Of a DNA stretch of 64,000 nucleotides, positions 1-7,072 are shown piece after piece; the first letter of the stretch is position 1; each line of letters opens with the position of its first letter. The translations under genes and the position numbers were made by a program. The notes beneath the pieces are model-generated. The model made no database searches and was not told the origin of the DNA. It saw only the letters and a list, made by a program, of their open reading frames with translations. Source of the DNA: Bacteroidales bacterium (GTDB taxonomy: Bacteria > Bacteroidota > Bacteroidia > Bacteroidales > UBA3663); NCBI GenBank assembly GCA_045600485.1, contig JAZRXX010000033.1, positions 2,474 to 66,473 of the forward strand, written 5' to 3'.

Positions 1-178
1 TTCGTTTAAGTGCTTGGCCAATCGCTTGTGGACTTCGGCATCCAATCCTTTGGGCCAGTTCGCCATAAGTTATCGTTGCTCCTTTGGGGACCTCAAGCAA
101 AGCCAAATAAACCTTGCGCTGAAACTCAGTGATGGTTTGACAATTCATCACAAGCTGTGCTGTTTCCTCAGGATTCAT
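1..178 (-). CDS. MGMT-family protein, 5' part only (methylated-DNA-protein-cysteine methyltransferase or alkyltransferase-like); runs off the window start
   Basis: My own translation of the minus strand from the ATG at 178-176 gives MNPEETAQLVMNCQTITEFQRKVYLALLEVPKGATITYGELAQRIGCRSPQAIGQALKR. This matches the helix-turn-helix part of the MGMT DNA-binding domain. The PCHR active-site region would lie outside the window. The start overlaps the upstream stop (ATGA at 175-178). The ORF is truncated, so it is absent from the ORF track. Confidence 0.6.
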   Translation of the reverse strand, partial: MNPEETAQLVMNCQTITEFQRKVYLALLEVPKGATITYGELAQRIGCRSPQAIGQALKR

Positions 179-990
179 TTCTTACGTTTCTCTATTGGAA
201 TAGACATCCAGTACTGCTTCTCGGATGGACTCATACGCTCAATTGCATAACGCAAAGTGGTTCGAGGCATCTGCTGAATATGTTGCTCCAGAAAATCCCG
301 TAGCAAATCCATACCATTTTTTCCATCAACCACCCCCTTACTCTTTCCTGCTTCACGCAACATCCAACCAACAGCTTTGTGCATCAGATCATGCGGATGT
401 TCAAGCAACATCTCTGCATATCGCCACACATAGATCAAATCGCCCTCCCTCGATGTCCACCAAGTGCTCACCATAGCAATACGCTGACGCCACAAATGAT
501 CACTTAAAATCAAAGCCTCAATTGTCTTTTGTTTCTCCTCAATCGAAACACCAGTATCCATCATCAGCCATCGACCAATAATACGAGGAGTAGAGAGATC
601 CACCAGATCCCAATTATTGGCATTGTCAGCATGATCAAGATAGAAACGAACAATTTCGTCAAACTCAGGGGAAATCATGTCGGACGATAATTTCTTCTTG
701 CCGGGTTTATTTTGCTTCATGCATACGTCAACCCACTTCACGAGCAAAAGGAAGCCACAAAGACGCACCTCATGCCACTTGGAAACCAATAGCAAATGCA
801 ACTCTTCAAACGACAGTTCTGATACCGCTATCTCTTTGACCAATGCTCTTGTCTGTGGAACCTTGATACCCAAAAACTCATCCCCTTCGCCATATTCACC
901 TTTCCCGGTTCTGAAAAAGCGCATAAGCACCTTGCGCTGCACATCATCACGCATCGCCTCCATGGTCTGAATAATATCCTCGGCTCTCAT
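175..990 (-). CDS. DNA alkylation repair protein (AlkD/AlkC-like HEAT-repeat glycosylase family)
   Basis: 271 aa ORF with an ATG start at 990. The helical-repeat sequence has the WHEVR, NNWDLVD and HKAVGWMLRE segments typical of the DNA alkylation repair enzyme family. Confidence 0.75.
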   Translation of the reverse strand: MRAEDIIQTMEAMRDDVQRKVLMRFFRTGKGEYGEGDEFLGIKVPQTRALVKEIAVSELSFEELHLLLVSKWHEVRLCGFLLLVKWVDVCMKQNKPGKKKLSSDMISPEFDEIVRFYLDHADNANNWDLVDLSTPRIIGRWLMMDTGVSIEEKQKTIEALILSDHLWRQRIAMVSTWWTSREGDLIYVWRYAEMLLEHPHDLMHKAVGWMLREAGKSKGVVDGKNGMDLLRDFLEQHIQQMPRTTLRYAIERMSPSEKQYWMSIPIEKRKK

Positions 991-1002
991 ACAGTAAGTT
1001 CT

Positions 1003-1587
1003 TTATTGTTCTGTCCAAAGTCGGCTATAATACTCTGCTTTCTTTTCTAATTTCATTGGATAGGCACGTGACGAACTTGGCATTCGCCACCATACTATCT
1101 CCTTTTCACTATTATCCAAACAGACGAGGCATTTCTCGCCCACCTTTGGAATCTTTACGACAATTTCTTTCCGTACAAAATAGTCCTGTAATTCCTCGCT
1201 TGCATTCCCTCCGGTCGTTACAATAGTCCGACACAGCGTCATACAATCTAGAAGGCCAAGGACATCAGTCCCTTCAACAATTTCAAGGAAATTATCGTCA
1301 GCATTGTCTTTCAACCTACAGACTTTCCTTGCAGTATCGAACAATGCAATCCCCTTCTGATTACAAAAATCGACAATTTGATCCTTATTGAATTTCTTGT
1401 CAGCAGATTCGAAATAATGTGTATCGCCAAAATGTATCAAGCCTTGTATTCGCCAAAAGTCATTGATCCAGTTTGGATAAAAGAAATCCATGCTCCATCG
1501 AGTTTTTGGGGGTGGAAAACTGCCCAAAAACAAAATCGTTGCATTGTTGGGCAAAAAGGGATCTAATGGATGCTCTTCTATTGTCAT
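1003..1587 (-). CDS. Uracil-DNA glycosylase superfamily protein, DNA-deoxyinosine (hypoxanthine) glycosylase-like
   Basis: The ORF track starts at a TTG at 1614. I prefer the in-frame ATG at 1587 (MTIEEHPLDPF...). The N-terminal LFLGSFPPPKTRWSMDFFYPNWINDFW resembles the GSFPS...FYY..NRFW motif of family-6 UDG-like enzymes. Confidence 0.6.
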   Translation of the reverse strand: MTIEEHPLDPFLPNNATILFLGSFPPPKTRWSMDFFYPNWINDFWRIQGLIHFGDTHYFESADKKFNKDQIVDFCNQKGIALFDTARKVCRLKDNADDNFLEIVEGTDVLGLLDCMTLCRTIVTTGGNASEELQDYFVRKEIVVKIPKVGEKCLVCLDNSEKEIVWWRMPSSSRAYPMKLEKKAEYYSRLWTEQ

Positions 1588-1614
1588 TTCAATGGACTCT
1601 AAAAATAACGACAA

Positions 1615-2646
1615 TCAATGCATCAATTTGTAAAGCAACTCCTGAAGAGCTTCGTCGTCGGGCACAGTCACACCTCGTGCACCTTTTTGTCGTGCGTCAT
1701 AGTCTCGTAAAAGGGAGATGTTACGCATGGCAGCCCAAGCATTATAGCGTTTGAGTGCATCGACCATAATTTTGGCCTGAGGAAAATTCATACCAACTTC
1801 ACGCATCAAGCCATTAACGCTTTTATCTTGTGCGTAATGAGCCAGCATAACATTCGTAAAGAAGGTAAAAAGAACCGAGATTGTAATCTGGATTGGATTA
1901 GCTTTCGGATTCTGGGCAAAATACCGACGAATCAATTCACATTTACGAGCATCTTTTACAGCCACAGCATTGACCAGCTCAAATGGATTAAATTCTTTCG
2001 ATATTCCAATATGTGTAGCGATAAGGTTGGCTGTAACACGTTTGTCGGTCATATTGAGCTTGAGTTTATCAATCTCAGACGTCAAACGGGACAGATCTGA
2101 ACCAATATAATCCGCAAGCATCTGAACAGCAGAATCTTCGAACAATAAACCTGTCGATTTTAGAAACCCTGGAAGAAATTTACCTAATTCATAATCCGGA
2201 ATCCGCTTGCTCTCAAAGACAACACCACCACAGTCCAGAATCTGCTTGACCCAACGCGAACGAGCATCAACTTTCTTACCTTTGTAGGTAATGACAAAGA
2301 TTGTGGTATCAAGTGGATGCGATAGATAGGCTTCCAGCTGCTCTAATTTGGTCAGTTCTACGTTTTGTTTCAAGACCTGTGCTTCACGAAGCAATACCAG
2401 TTGTCGCTCTGCCATCATTGGATATCGGCGACATGTACTGACTACATCACCGAGGTTCTGGACATCAGCACCATAGACCTGCGTGAGGTTAAAATCCTTC
2501 TCCTCGTCGGTCAGGACATGTTGCAGAAGAAGTTCTGTTATCCTATCGATGAAGTAGCCCTCTTCGCCATGAAGAAGATAAACAGGCGCAAACTTACCCG
2601 CCTGAATGTTGGAACATATAGTAGAAAAATCTTCGCTTTTAGCCAT
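1615..2646 (-). CDS. holA: DNA polymerase III subunit delta
   Basis: PVYLLHGEEGYFIDRI...DFNLTQVYG is a delta-subunit N-terminus. I trimmed the start to the ATG at 2646 (MAKSEDF), because the 62 aa extension in the ORF track runs across the divergent promoter. Confidence 0.85.
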   Translation of the reverse strand: MAKSEDFSTICSNIQAGKFAPVYLLHGEEGYFIDRITELLLQHVLTDEEKDFNLTQVYGADVQNLGDVVSTCRRYPMMAERQLVLLREAQVLKQNVELTKLEQLEAYLSHPLDTTIFVITYKGKKVDARSRWVKQILDCGGVVFESKRIPDYELGKFLPGFLKSTGLLFEDSAVQMLADYIGSDLSRLTSEIDKLKLNMTDKRVTANLIATHIGISKEFNPFELVNAVAVKDARKCELIRRYFAQNPKANPIQITISVLFTFFTNVMLAHYAQDKSVNGLMREVGMNFPQAKIMVDALKRYNAWAAMRNISLLRDYDARQKGARGVTVPDDEALQELLYKLMH

Positions 2647-2684
2647 TTTTGAGAGGATTGCTTGTTGTTTTAAGTTTTTCTTAG

Positions 2685-2692
2685 TATCTTTG
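2685..2692 (+). promoter_or_regulatory. Bacteroidetes -7 promoter box TATCTTTG
   Basis: Exact match to TAnnTTTG, 49 nt upstream of the ATG at 2741. Confidence 0.5.
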
Positions 2693-2740
2693 CAGCATAA
2701 ACTCAGTTCTATAACGAAACAAATCGCTACCAATAAGTAT

Positions 2741-3211
2741 ATGCAGCCAACTTTGAATTTGCCAACTTGCGAACTGAAAATCCGAAAAAATCCGGACAGC
2801 CAGTTGGAAGAGGTATTCGACACACAACGCAAGAAATATGTACGACTGACGCCCGAAGAATGGGTACGTCAGCATTTCGTGCATTATCTAATTGAGCACT
2901 TAGGATTTCCTCAAGGTCGATTACAGAATGAGCTTCCTATTCATGTCGGAAATTTAGAAAAGCGTTGCGATACAGTCGTTTTCGACAAGAAAGGCAAGCC
3001 TGCCGTCATCGTCGAGTACAAAGCACCTACAGTCCGGCTGACACAGAAGGTATTTGATCAGATTGTTCGCTACGATTTTGCTCTTCAGGTTGATTTTCTG
3101 ATTGTAAGCAATGGCCTTCAACACTATTTTCTGCATCTGAATCGGGAGCAGAATCGTTTTGAATTTCTGCGGGAGCCTCCTCATTGGTCTCAAATTGAAT
3201 CTGAGGTGTAA
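2741..3211 (+). CDS. Type I restriction enzyme HsdR N-terminal domain-containing protein (stand-alone small protein)
   Basis: MQPTLNLP...RLTPEEWVRQHFVHYL...[18 protein letters not shown]...QIVRYDFAL matches the HsdR_N-like small family. That family is commonly found divergent from holA in Bacteroidetes. The start is set to the ATG at 2741, downstream of the promoter box. Confidence 0.7.
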   Translation: MQPTLNLPTCELKIRKNPDSQLEEVFDTQRKKYVRLTPEEWVRQHFVHYLIEHLGFPQGRLQNELPIHVGNLEKRCDTVVFDKKGKPAVIVEYKAPTVRLTQKVFDQIVRYDFALQVDFLIVSNGLQHYFLHLNREQNRFEFLREPPHWSQIESEV

Positions 3212-4043
3212 TTTGAACTTCTACTGGCTCTGCTTCCATCTCTTCTTCAATTATTACAGATAGAGGTTGTACCTCTTCTTCAGAAACCTGATCAGATGGT
3301 TCTTCTTGTGGATTAAGATCATCTTGCTCTTCGGACATTTCTGCAACAACCGGAGCTTCAAAAACCTGATCAGATTCGGTTGCTGAATCTGAATTGATTT
3401 TGCCATCTTCCACTCTTAAAACTCGGCCTGGGAATTGCTCAAGAAGTTGCAGATTATGAGTGGACATCAACACGGCGGTATTTCGCTGATGACAAATATC
3501 GTAGAGTAGTTGAACTATATTCGATCCCGTTTCGGGATCAAGATTACCTGTCGGCTCATCGGCAAGGATAACAGATGGGTTATTCAATAATGCTCGGGCA
3601 ATAACTACACGCTGCTGTTCTCCTCCCGACAGTGTATTAGGCATACGGTAGCCTTTATTCTCCATACCGACCAACGTCAAGACCTCATTGATTCGATCCT
3701 CCATCTCTCGTTTGTCCTTCCAACCTGTTGCTTTCAGCACAAACTCAAGATTCTGTTGAACCGTACGATCCACCAACAATTGAAAATCCTGAAAAATAAT
3801 GCCGAGACTACGGCGAAGATACGGAATCTGTCCGCGACGAATGTTTCGCAAATCATATTCACCGACCTGTGCACTTCCACCAACGATCGGAACCTCGGCA
3901 TAAAGAGACTTGAGCAAGCTGCTTTTTCCACTACCCACTTTACCGATAAGATATACAAACTCACCCTCCGCAATATGAAGATTCACATCATGAAGCAGTA
4001 ATTGTTGTTCTCGTTCAATGCAAACGTCTTTGTAGTTGATCAT
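3027..4043 (-). CDS. ftsE: Cell division ATP-binding protein FtsE (ABC ATPase) with a roughly 110 aa acidic C-terminal extension
   Basis: Walker [10 protein letters not shown], signature LSGGEQQR and Walker [12 protein letters not shown] are present. The tail is rich in E/D/Q/S/P. Confidence 0.85.
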   Translation of the reverse strand: MINYKDVCIEREQQLLLHDVNLHIAEGEFVYLIGKVGSGKSSLLKSLYAEVPIVGGSAQVGEYDLRNIRRGQIPYLRRSLGIIFQDFQLLVDRTVQQNLEFVLKATGWKDKREMEDRINEVLTLVGMENKGYRMPNTLSGGEQQRVVIARALLNNPSVILADEPTGNLDPETGSNIVQLLYDICHQRNTAVLMSTHNLQLLEQFPGRVLRVEDGKINSDSATESDQVFEAPVVAEMSEEQDDLNPQEEPSDQVSEEEVQPLSVIIEEEMEAEPVEVQITPQIQFETNEEAPAEIQNDSAPDSDAENSVEGHCLQSENQPEEQNRSEQSDQIPSVSAGL

Positions 4044-4113
4044 AGTATTTAACTAAAATGTATGTATAACAGGGATACAAATGTACCTTCTCAAAGTGTT
4101 TTTTATATTCTAT

Positions 4114-4175
4114 CTCAAGAAGATTTGAAGAAAAGAAGCTATCAGTCAGCCGATAATCTTCTCCTCTTCTTTGAG
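4114..4175. repeat. Hairpin-forming intergenic repeat, family A (CTCAAGAAGATTTGAAGAA ... AATCTTCTCCTCTTCTTTGAG), copy 1
   Basis: The same conserved termini occur at 19242-19320 and three times within 37491-37923. The arms are mutually complementary (GAAGATT/AATCTTC and CTCAAGAAGA/TCTTCTTTGAG). Confidence 0.7.
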
Positions 4176-4202
4176 ATAAAAAAACTACGATGAAACAACA
4201 CG

Positions 4203-4850
4203 TTAGTGCTTCTTCCAGCCTACATTGCTGGAACCACCATGACGAGCTCGGAGTTCAGCTGCCATATCCTCAATGCGCAAGCCCTTGCTTGTCAAAAGAA
4301 CGATGAGGTGATAGAGCATATCAGAACCTTCAAAGATCATCTTTTCGTTGGTACCATTAGTGGCTTCGATAACCAACTCGAGAGCCTCCTCTCCAACCTT
4401 CTGAGCCATTCGATTCAAGCCCTCCTTGAAGAGTTTGGTAGTATAGCTACCCTCTGGCAATTCTTCGTGACGTTTCTCGATAAAATCCTGCAGTTCACTG
4501 AGGAACAACAGAGAATTATCCATATCATGTGCTGCATCACGCTTATTTGTTTCACCCCAACAGGTATCAGCACCCGTGTGGCAAACAGGACCAGCAGGAA
4601 TAGCTTTGATAAGAAGGGTATCCTTGTCGCAATCGTTCAGAATCTCCTTAACTGTGAGTGTATTTCCCGAGGTTTCACCTTTTGTCCAAAGGCACTGACG
4701 TGTACGACTCCAGAATGTGACAAGATTCGTTTGAACAGTCTTCTCATAGGCCTCCTTGTTCATGAAGCCAAGCATTAACACTTTGTTGGTGACAGCATCC
4801 TGTACAATAGCAGGAACAAGTCCACCGAGTTTTTCAAAATCGATTTCCAT
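4203..4850 (-). CDS. hisIE: Bifunctional phosphoribosyl-AMP cyclohydrolase / phosphoribosyl-ATP diphosphatase
   Basis: VPAIVQD...FWSRTRQCLWTKGETSGN (HisI part) followed by an HisE-like helical part. The start is trimmed to the ATG at 4850 (MEIDFEKLGG). Confidence 0.9.
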   Translation of the reverse strand: MEIDFEKLGGLVPAIVQDAVTNKVLMLGFMNKEAYEKTVQTNLVTFWSRTRQCLWTKGETSGNTLTVKEILNDCDKDTLLIKAIPAGPVCHTGADTCWGETNKRDAAHDMDNSLLFLSELQDFIEKRHEELPEGSYTTKLFKEGLNRMAQKVGEEALELVIEATNGTNEKMIFEGSDMLYHLIVLLTSKGLRIEDMAAELRARHGGSSNVGWKKH

Positions 4851-4896
4851 AATATATAGTGTTAAGCAGCAAAGCTGCGTTATTATCGTTGTTTCG

Positions 4897-5661
4897 TTAT
4901 TTACATGTTCGTACAATAATACCGTTGTCCTGAAGATACTGCTTCAATTCAGACATCGGAATCTCGTTGAAGTGGAAGACAGAAGCGGCAAGAGCGGCAT
5001 CTACATGAGCCTCAGTAAAGGCCTCCAGGAAATGCTCCTTGGTACCAGCACCTCCCGATGCAATAATCGGAATCGAAAGCTCTTCGTGCAGACGACGAAG
5101 TGCATCGATGGCAAATCCCTGCTTCGATCCATCATGATTCATTGAGGTAAAGAGAATTTCTCCGGCTCCACGTTCCTGAGCCTCATGAGCCCATTCAAAA
5201 AGATTACACTCAGTCGGTACACGTCCACCATTCAAGTAGCAACGCCAATTGCCATCTTCTTCCAATCGAGCATCGATAGCACAGACACACTCTTGAACAC
5301 CAAAGCGTGACGCGATTTCCGTAATCAGTTCCGGACGACGAATCGCTGAACTATTGATCGAAACCTTGTCGGCACCAGCAGCCAAAAGACGTTCTACATC
5401 CGACAGTTCATGAATACCGCCACCGACTGTGAATGGAATAGATACTTCAGCGGCTATACGCTGCACCAACTCGGTGAAGGTCTTTCGTCCCTCGTGCGAT
5501 GCTGTAATGTCAAGATAGACCAATTCGTCAGCTCCCAGTTCGCTGTACTGTTTTCCCAACTCAACAGGATCTCCTGCATCACGAAAGTTTACGAACTGAA
5601 CACCTTTTACCGTCTTTCCATCCTTGACATCCAGACAGGGAATAATTCTCTTTGCCAGCAT
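4897..5661 (-). CDS. hisF: Imidazole glycerol phosphate synthase cyclase subunit
   Basis: [15 protein letters not shown]...VYLDITAS...GGGI...SGGAG. This is canonical HisF. Confidence 0.95.
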   Translation of the reverse strand: MLAKRIIPCLDVKDGKTVKGVQFVNFRDAGDPVELGKQYSELGADELVYLDITASHEGRKTFTELVQRIAAEVSIPFTVGGGIHELSDVERLLAAGADKVSINSSAIRRPELITEIASRFGVQECVCAIDARLEEDGNWRCYLNGGRVPTECNLFEWAHEAQERGAGEILFTSMNHDGSKQGFAIDALRRLHEELSIPIIASGGAGTKEHFLEAFTEAHVDAALAASVFHFNEIPMSELKQYLQDNGIIVRTCK

Positions 5662-5680
5662 AATTCTTCGTTTTTACCCT

Positions 5681-6412
5681 TTACCCATTAACCTTCATAT
5701 AATCCTCCATCTCCTTGAAGGTTATTCTACCCTCATAGATGGCCTTACCGATGATGACATCTGGCACTCCCGCCTCATCGAGTCGCAGAACATCGGCCAT
5801 GCACGAAACACCTCCAGATGCGGTGACTTTCAGCTCAGGGAACTCTGCCATCATATCTTTGTAGAGTTCGATGGCTGGGCCTGTCATCATTCCATCGCGA
5901 GAGATATCGGTCGAGATTACCTTACGCACGCCTCGGGCGACATAGCTCGAAAGGAAAGTCTGCCACTTGGCGTCACTCTCCTCCAACCAGCCAGTAATCG
6001 CAATGCGTCCTTCCTTGATATCTGCACCCAAAATGATACGTTCCGAGCCATAGCGCTCCAACCAAGACAAAAACATCTGAGGACGCTGCACAGCAATCGA
6101 ACCACCGGTAATCATTTGTGCACCACATTCAAAAGCAATACGTGCATCATCATCCGACTTAACGCCACCACCAAAATCAATCACAAGATTAGTATTTGTT
6201 GCCAAATGCTCAAGTGTCTTGTGGTTGACAATATGGCCACCTTTAGCACCATCAAGATCAACAACGTGCAAACGTCGGATTCCTATATCCTGAAGCTGTT
6301 TGGCAACCTCCAATGGATCGTGGCTATACTCTGTCTTAGCACTGTAATCACCCTGTTGCAGACGGACAAGACAACCGTCAATAATGTCAATTGCAGGAAT
6401 TAGTTCAATCAT
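5681..6412 (-). CDS. hisA: ProFAR isomerase (1-(5-phosphoribosyl)-5-[(5-phosphoribosylamino)methylideneamino]imidazole-4-carboxamide isomerase)
   Basis: IPAIDIIDGCLVRLQQGDY...LHVVDLDGA...ASGGVS. The position between hisH and hisF also fits. Confidence 0.9.
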   Translation of the reverse strand: MIELIPAIDIIDGCLVRLQQGDYSAKTEYSHDPLEVAKQLQDIGIRRLHVVDLDGAKGGHIVNHKTLEHLATNTNLVIDFGGGVKSDDDARIAFECGAQMITGGSIAVQRPQMFLSWLERYGSERIILGADIKEGRIAITGWLEESDAKWQTFLSSYVARGVRKVISTDISRDGMMTGPAIELYKDMMAEFPELKVTASGGVSCMADVLRLDEAGVPDVIIGKAIYEGRITFKEMEDYMKVNG

Positions 6413-6428
6413 ATATCAAAATGTTTTT

Positions 6429-7016
6429 TCAGATTTCAAGAAAGTTTTTAAGAATCTGCTCTCCAACAGAGCCACTTTTCTCTGGATGGAATTGGGTAGC
6501 ATAGAAATTGTCCTTGTGGAGCGAAGCACTGTATGTACCGCAATAATCGGTCTGCGCAATAGTAAAATCGCACATCGGTACGCGATAACTATGGACATAA
6601 TAGACATAGGCACCCTCTACTACATTATTAAACAATGTAGTAGATAACGTAGTAATCGTGTTCCAACCCATTTGTGGCACTTTGTCTTCTGCGCTTGATG
6701 GAACAAACCGTTCAACTGGAGCATCAAAAATACCCAAACAATCCACATTTCCCTCTTCACTATGCTTACAAAGCAACTGCATACCAATACAAATGCCTAA
6801 TACAGGCTGCTTAAGTCCACGGATGATATCACTCAATCCTGTTGCATTGAGATAATCCATGGCAGCACGAGCTTCGCCCACACCAGGAAAGATTACCTTC
6901 TCGGCCGTACGGAGCAGTTCCGGATCATCTGTAATGACGGGTTCGTAACCCAATCGCTTGCACGCGCAATAAACGCTGTAGATATTGCCTGCGTTGTATT
7001 TTACAATTGCTATCAT
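6429..7016 (-). CDS. hisH: Imidazole glycerol phosphate synthase glutamine amidotransferase subunit
   Basis: Class I GATase with GICIGMQ (nucleophile Cys) and the HSY...FHPEKS motifs. Confidence 0.9.
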   Translation of the reverse strand: MIAIVKYNAGNIYSVYCACKRLGYEPVITDDPELLRTAEKVIFPGVGEARAAMDYLNATGLSDIIRGLKQPVLGICIGMQLLCKHSEEGNVDCLGIFDAPVERFVPSSAEDKVPQMGWNTITTLSTTLFNNVVEGAYVYYVHSYRVPMCDFTIAQTDYCGTYSASLHKDNFYATQFHPEKSGSVGEQILKNFLEI

Positions 7017-7072
7017 CTTATTCTATCAACAATTTACAATTACTATCAACTATTTATTTGTACCAACGTTCA

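Noticed and set aside
1615-2832. N-terminal extensions of several track ORFs: holA to 2832, hsdR_N-like from 2606, hisIE to 4916, topB to 12273, tdk from 14575, the flippase-like gene to 43261, DUF4105 from 46065, the pectate lyase from 52326 and the TPR gene to 41391.
   Set aside because: The extensions cross promoter boxes or neighbouring genes, or precede obvious signal peptides or conserved N-termini. Internal ATG codons give family-typical starts.
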